Shown: positions 24,662 to 37,492, numbered from the whole stretch's first letter. The stretch: 62,750 nucleotides of DNA, filler included, from Asterionella formosa (GCA_002256025.1; 12 parts of 12 records of this genome joined end to end with filler, not necessarily neighbours in it), one strand, 5' to 3'. Notes: generated from the sequence alone by a model not told the origin. Translations and numbers: made by a program.

Positions 24662-25210
24662 ATGCCACCAGTGATTAGGTTACGAAACGACCTGGGGAAG
24701 GCAAAAACTCCAAGTACCGCTAGTATCCCTCCCACAGCCTCTTCAATTAGCGATCTTTCGGGCACTTCACCAGCAACTGAAAGAAGCAGCACCCCGTTAA
24801 GAAATCCAATTCGTGTTGATGGTTCTTTCCCACGGCCACCCAATGTGGCCTCGCTACCAACAAGGGAAGGAAATGTGACACCATCAGAAAATGAACTTAA
24901 TGGAATGTCAGGAAGTTCTATTAAAAGCTTATCGAATCGCTCACAAAGTTCGACTAAAACACCCACTACTTTGAACCAGGTGCAAGTTAACTGGAAATCA
25001 TCGTTGGACAAGGATTTTATGAATTGTAAGCGCCAAGGGATGGCTATTCTGGTTATGGAAGCCATGACAAAACGTAAGGAACGTCATTACCTGACAGTTC
25101 CCAAAGAACACCAAGAGATGTTAAAGGCAAACAACAACTATAAAGCATTCTACCAGATGACTATGGAGGATCTCCATGACAGTGACATTCCTGAGTATAG
25201 GCGACTCGAT
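24662..25210 (+). CDS. Ser/Pro-rich hypothetical ORF, 3' end cut by the contig edge, probably TE-derived
   Basis: Open for ~183 codons up to the linker. No recognisable domain. Confidence 0.35.
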
Positions 25211-25310
25211 NNNNNNNNNNNNNNNNNNNNNNNNNNNNNNNNNNNNNNNNNNNNTTAATTAATTAANNNNNNNNNNNNNNNNNNNNNNNNNNNNNNNNNN
25301 NNNNNNNNNN

Positions 25311-27235
25311 GGTTTTTTAACTATGCTGAAAATAGTGGATTTTACCGGGCTAACTCGTTTATTTGGCCTAGTAAAAAAACCGAAGTTCCTTTCTGCAGTT
25401 TCTCGCCGAAAGTTAACTTCTGGGGCTATATGAAGATTACCTATGTACTTAACTCTTCTTCAAACCCTGCCAACGTTGAGCTATCGTCGTCCAAAAATTC
25501 GACAATATCGGCCTTTTCAACGGTCACCCAAACGTCGGAATCAGAATCACTAATCGCCGAAACGTCATCATCGGAATGGTAGTCTTGTGCTAAAATTTGT
25601 AGTCGTAAAATCTCGTGTACAAAAAGTTCCAATGTAATTGCCCGCTGTAAAAATCATATTCTGATTGGTTATCCTTACATCCGTTCGATTGGCACGGTTT
25701 GCGAGGTCGTGCAATCCCACGCCGGCCACACTGGATACACATGAAGCATTTTCTTGGGTGTTGGCCGATCCTACCCGTATACCGGTATCCGTACGGAGTG
25801 GGAATATCGAGTACCGGGTAGGTTTACCCGTATACCGGAATCCGTACGGAGTAGGAATACCGAGAACCGGGTAGACCTACCGGTTCCAGGTAACTGATCA
25901 TCATTCGTCATAGTAAATGGTAGTGCACGCTAACCAGTACCTTAGTACCGATAGTTTGCACATTCAAATATATTTTGCAGCCGCCGGGTCGTGCATGTGA
26001 AACATATTTATGATACGAGTAGGTATACTATCGGTAGAGTAGCAATATAAAACATTCAGCGATGGAGAATCTATCTTTACATATTTTATGCATTTGAAAT
26101 GGAATCTATATATACGTACGCGCAAATTTCCACTCATTTGAATTTTTCAAACGGAATCATTGATATTCAAATTAGCACATAAAAGTTCTTAGTTCCAGGG
26201 AATTTCGGCAACCCTAAGCAATATTTTAATTTTTGTCTAGGGGTTCAAATGCAGGAACCTTAAATACAGTCTTCGGACAAAGTAGGGGTGTTGGTTCACT
26301 CAATATATCGTCAGTATCTAGGATCTGGTCAGAAACTGCAGAAAGGAACTTCGGTTTTTTAGCTATGCTAAAAAGACTCGAAATTTCGGGGGAAATCTGT
26401 TTATTTGGCATAGTAAAAAAACCGAAGTTCCTTTCTGCAGTTTCTCGCCAGAAGTTATATACTGGTGCTATTTGAAAGTTACCTATGTATCTAAATCGCC
26501 GTCAGACCCAGCCAACGTTTAGCTATCGTCGTCCAAAAACTCGACAAAATCGGCCTTTTCTACGGTCGCCAAAATATCGGAATTAGAATTATTAAGTGCC
26601 GAAACGTCATCATTGGAATGGCAGTCGTGTGCCGGAATTTTTAGTCCTAAAATCTCCTGTCCAAAAAATTCCATTGTAAGTACCCGCTTCCACTTACATA
26701 ATATGATTGGTGAGCATGAAGTACATTCCTCTGTTTGATTGGCCTGGTTTGCGAGGTCGTGCAAACCCACGCTGGCCACATTGGATTAACATGTAACATT
26801 TTCTTGGGTGTACTGACAGTCCGGTGCTATATTCACGACGGGTACCAGTAGATGATCATCATTGGACATACCGGTACGCGTACCGCTCCTTGGGTGCACT
26901 TTCAAATATTTGCCGAGCCGCCGGGTCGTATACATGACCCATATTCGTCGATAGGAGTATACATTGTAGTACTGGTGTATGCACATGAAGCGATGTAGAA
27001 CCTAAATATATATATATATTTATATATGTGTATATTAAACGATTTGAATATGTCGAACGGATTCAATGCATAGCATATAAAATCGTTAATCGGAGTATAG
27101 AGTGTCCATGAATACATGTTGATAGTATTTTTAGCATATATATACATACAGCGACTAAGAGTGTCAATATATATATTTAGCGATTTTGACAAGGAATCTA
27201 TGTACGTATTCGCAAATTTCCACTGATTGAAAAAT
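25311..27235. repeat. Diverged tandem duplication (~1.04-kb period) containing a long hairpin
   Basis: 25311-~26150 aligns with 26353-~27235. Both copies carry the minus-strand peptide ...DDVSA...TVEKAD(I/F)VEFLDDDS. Perfect 30-bp inverted repeat at 26331-26360 / 26416-26445. Confidence 0.85.
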
Positions 27236-28109
27236 AGATTGGAAGCAATGGAAGATAAAATTGATAAGAGATCAATGATCAGAGGAATGAAAGGCTGCTG
27301 GCAAAATGAATTGATAGCCAAAGGAACTCTGTAAGTTTGTTAACATCACAGCTTATTTGATTTGCTGGTAATCAAAATGATAGGGTAAAAAAGGGATGGA
27401 AGCATATTATTCTGGATGGGAGGTCTTGACAGTGCTGGGATCCTCGACTTGTTCTGAGGTGTCATTGAGTAAAATCGGACAAGTGGTCACAGGCTTTGGC
27501 AATGAAAAAATGAGCAATACTTGATGAAATGATGAATCCAATGATAGATTAGGAGTTGAGACAAGAGGAGAAGCTTGGATTGCCAATGCAGTAGAGAGAT
27601 CGGAGGAGAGTGAAATTATCACAGCCTTTGGTACCCGATGGCAGAGAGTGTGGGGGCCGCAGCAATAGAAAACAGTTTCTTGAAATTTCCGGAGGGTTTT
27701 GGGGTCTTCAAGGTGTCAATGAGAGGACTAGAAGTGGCAGAGAGGTACAGGAAGCTGGTGGAAGGAAGAGTAAGCAGTCGTTTGACAAATGTGCTATCAG
27801 AGGCGCGCAAAGTAGGTGAAAGTCGTTTCCTCAGGAAGGAACAGGTGGATTTGACTAATTTTTGCTGTGGAGTGACCAGCAGGTCTAACAGTGAAAGTTG
27901 AGCATGAAGAAGAGTGGAGGAGGGGTAAGCGAAAGGAGCGGCAGTGTCCAAAGAGGACATGGAGACTGAGGAGGGTGTTAGCAGCAGCGCTACAGACTGC
28001 CGATGTAGGCTTAGAACTTAGAAAAATAGAGCAAAGTCGGGATTGTAACCCGGAAAGTTCAATGTTGCGATGTTGAACTATCAACAAGAAGAGATTATGT
28101 GTCCTATCC

Positions 28110-31100
28110 TTGAATCAAGTGGCCATAATCATACATTTCATGACGACAGCGATGATTCAGTTTATAACAAGAAAAAAATTTCAGTCACAACAAGACGAAA
28201 AATTGAGACCAAAAACTCTCCAAGGATTGAATACATTTCTCCCTGAAAATGCAATGGAAATGCCCCTTCCTCCTCAATTTCAACTTCCAAGTAAAAATTC
28301 TCTAAACATGCGCGCATCCAATCGAATTAGAACTCATGTTATTCCTTAACAAGAATTACCTTCCACCAGTTTACTTTGATCATCTAATGAAATGGCTGTT
28401 CAAGGCAAAAGCAATGAAATATTTGATGGAAGGTATCAAGCTCCATCCTACCAGACTTTGAAGAAACGCATGGATATTTCATTTCCACCAACATTGGCTG
28501 GTGGTCAACTGTTGACCAAACAAATACAGATTGATAACAATTCAAACATGATCATCCCACGCACACTCCATTATTTCGAACCAGTACAGCTCATGGCAGG
28601 ATTGTTACGTGATTCCAATATCATGCAACATTTTGTATGTCACCCACAAGTGAAACTTACAACTTGTGGAGAACACATATATGACGAAGTAACTTCCGCG
28701 ACTTGGTTTGAAAATGCGTTCAACAATTTTCCTGCATCAGAAAATGGAGTGTTGAAGACAGGGTGTTTATTTGTTGCCCTAGCAGTTTTCAGTGATGGTT
28801 CACCTATTGATAAACAAATGAAACATTCCGAGCATCCGTTTTTGCTGACAATTTTAAACTTAACCTTAGAAGGAAGAAAAAAGTTGATGGATAGCAATTA
28901 GTATCTATTTTTGCCAGACATTGAAGTCAGTGATCTGGAGAAACAAATGAATAAAAAGTTGCTTATCTGGTGACGACTTGTCCTTAACTGAAGATGCTGA
29001 TATTCCCGCCCGATATTGGATGTGAACGTTGTAAAGTGTCAAATGTTAAAAAGTTTTTAAACAAATTTCTTGACAATAATGCATATCCCGATGGAAAGTT
29101 GCCATGAATCCCACCTGAGTATTGTGTCTCCCAGCAATCTAATGGCAAATACACAACAGCAAACGAGTGGTGCCGTGTTATATCGCATAATCCTATTATG
29201 CCTGCACTAATAAATCATTTTTTGGGTGGTGACTTAGAAGGATTATTTGGTGCAGCTCCATTTGAGGTTTTTCATCAATTACTACTTGGAATATTTAAGT
29301 ACATTTTGGAATCTTTGTACAATTATCGGACTATCCCTGAAGAACGGACATTTTTTTAAGGAAAGAAAATCACCACACCAGATATTCCAGAGAACATCTC
29401 TGATCAGAAACGTATCACTGAAACAACAGACACTGCTTTTCTTGATCAAGAGTAACCGAAGAAACGGGCGAAGACCAAAAAGGACACACACACGGGCACC
29501 AGTTACCAAAATTATCTACAATGGCAGAAATCAAGACCCAACACTTGTACCAGCACCAAAAATGTAGTTTCAAAACTATACCATACTTCGAACAAAGTTC
29601 TAGATATATCAATTGTCATTTGGAAAGGCAAATCGATCGTGATATTCCAAAATTGTCATACAGATCTGGGATTACAGCTTTGTCAAAAATGTCAGGGCAA
29701 GAAATTCCCGGATTATGTCTGTTAACTATTTTTTCAATGGGTGGAATGATGGGTTCAGAGAACATGCACCTAGAAAAGGATTTCACATTGTTGTTATGGT
29801 TATGTATATCTATCAATGACACTTTATTCATACCGCAGTATACATCAAAATGTATTGATATTTTAGATGAAAGGGTTAAGAGATTTATGTCAGTTACTAA
29901 GATTATGATTGGTCCCCAACAGGAAATGATATCTCAAATTGGCTTATGAATGGCAAAATTTCATGGAATGAAACATTACCCTCATCTGATTAGGAAATTC
30001 GGATCTCCTCTTAATTTCTTTGGTGGATATTTGGAGTCTTTTTTGAAAGACAAATTGAAACGAGCGACCCAGTAACCGTGTCAATGGACAATTACATCGA
30101 TCAAAGCATGATATGCAATTTCAACAAGGTCATATGAAACAAGGCAGTTTTCCTTGGCACGAAAGATTGTTTTTGCAAGTGATTCATTACATACAGAAAA
30201 CAAACAAAAGAAGATGAGTAAAGTATATATCAATGTAACTGAGGGTATTTCAACAGACATTGATTTCGAAGGAATGATTCCGGATGCAAGGATGTTGCCT
30301 AGTACGTCGCCTGATAATTTGGGAATATCGCCTACCAAGATCTCAATTCTCTGCTCCATCATCAAATGGTCTATGGAATATAGCAGGTGTCCCTAAAAGA
30401 TTGGGCAGACCAGCAGGTATCACGGAGTAATGATGCACCCTTGCTTCTTGTGGTCTCAATTGGTTCATCCTGATTTACCGAAGGGGTCCAACTGGTCTAT
30501 GTAAAGAGCATTGCGAATTCAGCAATAGAAATAGCAAGAATAAAAAGTCTTGAAGATGGGGTTGGTCATGGTGCTGTTTCCATTGTAAGGATTGACTTTT
30601 ATTATCATTTTAAAATTGAAAGTAACATTTCCGGCCAAACTACTATTTTCAGATGCCATCCGAAATGGAATTATGATTCAAATGCTGGAATCTCTGGTCG
30701 TGAATGGTTTGACTGGGTCGAAGTGAACTAGGAGAAAGGAGATGGATCAAGTTCCTACACAGTTCAGTTCCGGCAAAACTACTTCTTCGGGGAAATGTTA
30801 TTTTCTCCAATACAACAACCATTCTCTTAGCGTGTATTCGTTCCTTGAAAAGTTCAACTGAAATGAAAATTAATAAACGTATATTTTTTGCAAGAGGAGA
30901 CACCTTATGCAATGATACAACTGAATTGAGCGTTGTTGAATTTCATAACATACTTTCGGCAGCATTTGTTGTTCCTGATTTGAAACCACAGGAATTAAGG
31001 GAATCTCTGAAACCGCAAGAAGTTTTAGAACAGATATAGAAAGATAATTTCCATGTTTGCCATGCCTCCACGTCATTTATGGAAATCAATCGGGTGGGAC

Positions 31101-31140
31101 CAAAAACTAACAAGCGAACTTTGATAAATATATAAGAATA
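28110..31140 (+). mobile_element. Plavaka/CACTA-superfamily-like transposase pseudogene
   Basis: AVFSDGSPIDKQMKHSEHPFLLTILNL; GAAPFEVFHQLLLGIFKYIL; KFHGMKHYPHLIRKFGSPLNFFGGYLESFLK; RCHP...REWFDWVEVN. Deletions, stops and frameshifts. Confidence 0.75.
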
Positions 31141-31199
31141 ATATAAATAAGGGTGATAATATAGTTTCACATACTAGTTAAGTTACTAGAAGGTTTTCA

Positions 31200-33024
31200 C
31201 AAACTACAATGTCCTAAGGAATGATGAGATTGGATGATCCCAATGGTCCATTAGTTGTTCTTTTTCACTCCCAAAGAACCTAAGATGGTCCTTCTCGTTT
31301 CGTCCGATTATTTTCTTCTCCACTTTTCAACTGCAGTTCGATATGACTCTGTAAATTGATTCCAGAAGGGCTATCATCAGTTACAAAATATTTTTCAACT
31401 TTTTGCCAATTTTGATGCATCCATAAATTTGGCCAAGAGGTAGATGGTTATACCATCTGAAGGGATTAACTTTTTCATTCATTTGTTAGAACATGGATTT
31501 CACCTTGACAGCATCATCGTCCTTGAAAGATGAATTGCAAGGAAGTCGTCCAAATACTTCGTTCAACATTTTTAAATCTAAATAGGATGTCAAAATTTTG
31601 TTGATACAAAATTGAAGAACAATTATTTCCAACTGAAACGCACATATGCTCACGAATGTTTGTCGTTGTCACTTGAGGCCAAACTGTTCCAAGATGAAAG
31701 TATGCTGACTTGACTGGTGGGTCAGATGTAACAGTTACAGATAACAAATCTTCTGTTCGATCAGTTGCTACCCCCTGATGTTTTAAATTTTTCCAGGACT
31801 CCGTCTCCAAATGGAATTGAGCCCGGTTGCCAAGAAATTTGGTTTTGCCATTCCTTTCTAGTTGCAATAGAGTTTCCAATACTTTCACAATTGTAAATGG
31901 TCCACATGACCACCCACTATCATCTTCTGGTTGAAATAACACGGAATCATGTTCAGTGGCCATCAGGACAAGCGATCTGCAATGGTGCTTTGGTGCCAGT
32001 ATAGAAAGATTCTGATAAACCAATTTCTTCAGGTGTTTGGTATTCTTGTAGAAGATATCCTGTATCGGTGCATAACAATTCCAATTGTTTGGTGCCTCCA
32101 GGGATGATACAGTACTTACAGACAAGGTGAAATACTTCATCATAATGTTCATCCACACTTGCATCTTTTCCTGGATCACGGACTTGACATAGTAATCCAT
32201 CATTTATAGCACAAAGATAGTGCACAAAATGGTTGTTTTCCTCCTCATCTGTTCTTTTGCAATAAACAATAAGCACATACAGCAGTTACTGTCATGATGA
32301 AGTGGATGACAATTACCTTGGTATATAGCTATACAGTTTGTTATAACCCTTTTCTGGTGGGTTCTCGTCCAGATCAAATATAACCTTTACATCAGTTGGA
32401 TGAAGTTCATGAATTGTATAATGGATCATAGAGCAAGGTAATTGTTTCAAGGTCCCAATATGCAAGATTTTTAAGTCTAAAGATTATTTTTTGATACCTT
32501 TGACTCCTCCATAAAATACAGAGGCGTAATTGCATATTTCTTGTGGGGTACGTGTGTACAAATCTTTCTACAATTTTAGTTGTCCATGCGTTTTCGGCAA
32601 ACTCAAGGAAAATGCAGTTTGCTTTAGCATAATAACTCTACACATTTCACATGCTGACTCTTCACAAAAGTAGCTAACTGCCTTCGGGATTGTTCTTGAT
32701 GATTTTACAGAGAAATTCTTTTTCTTTCATGTATGATTTGGAAAAAGATTCAATTTTGTTCTTCAAACTTCGTTCCCGACTCAGTGCATCAACTGCCTTA
32801 GCCAGCATGGTCATCACATCTCTGTCAGCATTGATCTTCTTGAATTTGAGGTCTTGATCTAGCTCGGAATTTTTCTTGAATATCTCTTCTTTTAGAAATG
32901 CAATAGTTTCTCTGCTTTCATGATGTTCACCTTGATGTTCTGGACGAATAGTGAGACATATTTCTTGGTTTTGCAACTTTTCAACCATTTTTATGTTATA
33001 AAATATGTCGATGTCCAGTGACAT
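31200..33024 (-). pseudogene. TE-borne ORF with a Ulp1/C48-like cysteine protease domain, convergent with the transposase
   Basis: His motif NNHFVHYLCAIND followed by FQPEDDSGWSCGPF (Q-x-D-x-x-SCG-x-F-like). Frameshifted. The 5' part is duplicated at 649-1199. Confidence 0.55.
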
Positions 33025-33068
33025 GTTGTCCGTTTCAGGAAAATGACCGCTGGTTGAAGGTACAACAA

Positions 33069-33152
33069 CAAGATGCGGTCATTTTGCTTAAATAAACAAT
33101 TCGATATGAAAAAAAAGCTAAATCCTTAATTCAGCAAAATTACCGCAACTTG
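33069..33152. mobile_element. Mini MITE (~84 bp), TIR CAAG(A/T)TGCGGT(C/A)ATTTTGCT
   Basis: CAAGATGCGGTCATTTTGCTTA...TCAGCAAAATTACCGCAACTTG. Second copy at 46183-46269. Confidence 0.8.
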
Positions 33153-33327
33153 TAGGTATCGTTATAGAAGGCCTACACCTGGCTATGATACATACTACCA
33201 GTACCAGGTACCTGGTACCTTGGGTCTTTTGACCCTGCACTCAGACATAATAACAAATAGCTATACTGTATGGTACCACCAGGTACTCCTGGCTGGTAGG
33301 AACCAGTTCGTCGTTTCAAGTGTGAGA

Positions 33328-33512
33328 CTGTAGGTTTGCCCTACCAGTATTTCTGCCTTCCCCGCCTTCTTGTTACAATAGGAATTATGCCGTTAGTACT
33401 GTGAAACTGTACTCATTTCTACGTGCGTACTGTGGAACTGTAGGTTGCTTTGCCCTACCAGCATTCCCATATTCCCCTTGTTACAATAGAATATGGCGTT
33501 CGTACTGTGAAC
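33328..33512. repeat. Two-copy direct repeat, ~110-bp period
   Basis: CTGTAGGTT..GCCCTACCAG...CTTGTTACAATAG...CGTT.GTACTGTGAA occurs twice. Confidence 0.7.
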
Positions 33513-34199
33513 ATATTATGAGTAACCATTGGCTGTGTCCGTTCCTTGTCATATTTGTTTTTGGTCACACTTGTAGCATCAGAATTTGTCCCGACGAAGT
33601 AAGACTGCGCCAGGTTTTTCGTGCAGATTTTTGACCCCTGAATTCATAAAGACAACATTTAACCACCACTGTGCACAATATGTTTTCAACATGGGGAAGA
33701 CCCTTAAAACCAGCATCCCCCTTCCAGCTTTTCAGCGTCTCACCATTAACAAATCCTTCATCAGCCAAGAACTCACATATTGTTTGTTGCAACAACAGAA
33801 GGTGGAATGATGCAACATTGAAATCGTAAGAAATAGATGCTTTTAAGTAAGATTTATTTGCTTACTATTTTTGCTATCATATCACCAAGCGAAGGATAAC
33901 TCATACTGATATGCTGTTGTTTTCAAAATTCATTTGACATTTGAACAGGCCTTTTCAGAAAAGGAGTGTTCTTTGGAAAGAATGAGTGATAGAGGGAGAA
34001 ATGATACAAAATGGAGACCCGCAATCATGGAGGCCTTTAAGATAAGCTCAATCTTCAGTTTTGTCATTGTATCAGCAAAGCGAGCGATAAATCACATTCA
34101 AGTAAGCATTTTGATGTGTTCAACTAATTCATGTGATCCATTCAAAATCAACTAGGCTTTTTTACGTGATGGTCACTTCACCTAATACGTGGCTTAGAT

Positions 34200-36830
34200 G
34201 CAGTGGTGAATAAACAGATGCATTCAACAACAATACAACGGTCATGTTTACAAACTATACTAGCTAAATATCAAACATTATTTGATGAAAAATTAAAAGT
34301 TTATCCTCATAAACAGGTACATTTGGAATTATTATCAAATGCCATCCCTCGTCATCAACGAGCATATCCAGTCGCTAATATTCATTTAGAAGTTTTCAAA
34401 ACCGAATTACAATGCACGGTTGTGTGATATTGGAGTCCTACAAAAATATGGTGCTTCTAAATGGGCGTCTCCCACCTTTATTATTCCAAAAAAAGATGGA
34501 AGTGTCTGATGGGTATCAGATTTTCGTGAACTCAATAAAGTCATCAATCGCAATATATGCCCTTTACCTCGAATACAAATTATTCTCACTAAACGTTCTG
34601 GATATGTATTTTTCACCAAATTGGATGTTTCTATGCAATACTATACTTTCGCATTAGATGTGGAGAGTCAAAACTTGTGCGTTATTTCCACTCCATTTGG
34701 TTTATATAAATATTTACGTCTCCCTATGGGGTTGAAACAATCATCTGATGTTGCACAAGAAACTATGGAACAGATTCTTAGTAATTTAGATGATGTGGAA
34801 ATTTTTATTGATGATGTGGGTTTTTTTCAATGAATTTTTCGGGTGACCTTTATCTATTGGACACTATTTTACATCGTTTACAGGCAAATGGTTTTACCAT
34901 TAATCTATCTAAGTGTGAATGGGCAGTTCAAGAGACATATTGGTTAGGCTATTGGTTAACTCCTAATGAACTGAAACCTTGGTCTAAAAAAGTCCGAGCA
35001 TTGATTAATATGTCTTCACCTACCAATCTTAAACAAGTCAGATCATTTCTCGGTGCTGTTACTTACTATCGAGACATGTTTTCTATACGATCTCATGTTC
35101 TTGGACCACTTACAGATTTAATTGGAACTAGTCCATTTGTCTACTCAACAAGCTTTTGAAGAAATGAAAGCATTGTTGGTTGCAGATACACTCATGTGTT
35201 ATCCTGATCATAATCTTCCTTTTCATATCTTTACTGATGCCTCTGATTATCAATTAGGGTCGGCCATTATGCAAAATGATCTCCCAGTTGCTTATTATTC
35301 TCGCAAATTATCTGCTGCTCAAAAAAATTATACTAATTTTGAAAAAGAATTAATTTCTGTGGTAGAAATTTTCAAAGAATTTCGCTCTATGTTATTGGGT
35401 GCAGTTCTAGATGTTCACACTGAACATCGAAATATTATTTATATTACTTTACATACTCAATGTGTTCTACGGTGGAGACTTTATAATGAAGAATGTCTTC
35501 TTACTTTTCAAGATGTGAAGAGTACTGATAATGCTAATTATTACAGATTCTATCTCTTGCCTCCCGAGGCTTGAGTCTTTGGTGGAGGATGATATTGGAC
35601 CGAAATCTCCAGCATCAACATGCACTTCTACCTTTTCAATTGAATTAGATGATGAACCTTTGCTTACCTTTTTCCTTAATCATCCAATCTTGACAGACAC
35701 TCTGGATTATAATTTAATACATGATAGACAATTGCTGGATATACAATTGATTCTCAATCAACAAACACATCCGTTAAATTTTTCCTTTATCAATTTTCAT
35801 GATATATTTTTAATATGTTTTGTGAAGATTCCAGGAGATACTTGGCGTCTTGCTATTCCTACATAATTATTGGATCCTATTACTATTAATTGGGATCATC
35901 AGATGTTAGCTCATGTGGGTATGACAAGATTAAATGCTACAATTGCTACACATTTTAATAACCCTACATTAAAAGCAAGAGTGGAACATATTGTAAGAAT
36001 ATGTGAAGCATGTCAACGTACAAAATTACCTGGTACTGGTTTTGGTGAACTTCCACCCAGGAATGCATTGTTATTACCATGTTCAGAAGTCGCAGATAAC
36101 AGTGGCTACTCAAGCGATTGAATTTCGTGCTCTAACTTGTATTGACACAGTCACCAATTTAGCAGAAAATTAACGTTTCAATAAAAAAACATCAGAATAT
36201 ATTGCGATGAAATTTGAAAATGATTGGTTAGCCAGATATCCCCGTCCAGAATGTTGTATACATGACAATGGAGGTGAATTTACTTGTGTTCCTTTCTTAC
36301 ACATGTGAGTGTTGAATGGAATTAAAGATATGACTACTACAGTCAAAAATCCACAAGCAAATGCTATCTGTGAATGTTTACATCAATCTATCAGTAATAG
36401 TCTACAAGTTATGTTAAAGGCTCATCCTCCAATGAATGAATTTCAAGCCCAAAATATTGTGGATACATGTTTTGCAGCTGCATCATATTCGTAGTATATT
36501 ATGTATTTCACCAGGAGCATGGGTTTTTCAATGTGACATGATATTAAATATTCCTTTGATTGCAGATTTACAATTAATACACCAACGTCGACAAGTAATA
36601 ATTGACCAACGCTTACGTCGTTTTTAATTTCCATCATCGTTCTTTTGATTACAAAGTGGGTGACAAGATTTTAATACTACTATTGGATAATCCTACCACT
36701 TTGGATGATGGTGGACGAGGAGGTCCTTAAACTATTATTCAAGTACATGCCAATGGTACAGTTACTTTTCAACGCACTATGCATGTTACAGAACGAATTA
36801 ATATTCGTCGTATCCAACCTTTTCATAAGT
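34200..36830 (+). mobile_element. Ty3/Gypsy pol pseudogene (RT, RNase H, integrase)
   Basis: WASPTFIIPKKDG, LDVSMQYY, YLRLPMGL, FIDD; FTDASDYQLG...AYYSRKL; H-x4-H...CEAC; HDNGGEF, KNPQANAICE. Many stops and frameshifts. Confidence 0.92.
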
Positions 36831-36855
36831 AAAAGCACATTGATTCAGATGTATA

Positions 36856-36881
36856 TAGGGTTAGGGTTAGGGTTAGGGTTA
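36856..36881 (+). repeat. Interstitial telomeric repeat (TTAGGG)n
   Basis: TAGGG TTAGGG TTAGGG TTAGGG TTA. Confidence 0.8.
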
Positions 36882-37169
36882 TATCAAATATATCAGAACT
36901 TGTCTATTGCATTCTTTGACGTCAACTTGAGAAACAAGTTGTACATAAAATTAATTAGCTCATATATTCAATACATACCACCACTTCTAGCGGTAGTTAG
37001 ATACTTCACCAGGTACCTCCTACCAGCAGTTCGGATCTTATCATGAGTACCGGTACTCCGAGTACTGTGGTACTTATTACCGGTATACTGCTGATATGAA
37101 AACGAAAAGAACTCAAACCAGAGGAATCGTTTCCAATCAGCCGTTATTGTATTATTCAGCGTGGATGTC

Positions 37170-37394
37170 ATGACTCCTCCTATTCGAACCCTTCTCGCTT
37201 CTCACTTGGTTGTCTTTGCCGCTGGATGCGCTCTAGGAACAGCGTGGAACGCTGACGAGCTTATAATGTACCGGGAAGCCAACGAGGGTTGGTTGAGCAA
37301 GCTGCGACGCAAGGGCAAGTGGGTGCTCGTCGGTATTGGTGGATTGACCACTGTTCTGTTAGTTGCGAGGGCTGCTGCTTCCAAAAAGGCTTAG
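37170..37394 (+). CDS. Small (74 aa) protein with two hydrophobic segments, unknown function
   Basis: MTPPIRTLLASHLVVFAAGCALGTAWNADEL..YR...KWVLVGIGGLTTVLLVARAAASKKA. Gene-like GC content, convergent with catalase. Confidence 0.6.
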   Translation: MTPPIRTLLASHLVVFAAGCALGTAWNADELIMYREANEGWLSKLRRKGKWVLVGIGGLTTVLLVARAAASKKA

Positions 37395-37492
37395 ATGCAC
37401 GCTGAACCACAGTAATAACTGATAATAACTGAATTTATAACTTATGTTTGTTTCTGTTCTTGATTTAATCTCCTTCCAAATGACCCAAGCAA

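Noticed and set aside
27400..28090. Ser/Leu-rich minus-strand ORFs upstream of the transposase
   Set aside because: Frameshifted, with no motif I can recognise, so no product can be supported.
33560..34155. Possible decayed host-gene fragment on the minus strand
   Set aside because: Protein-like in places but unassignable without a search.
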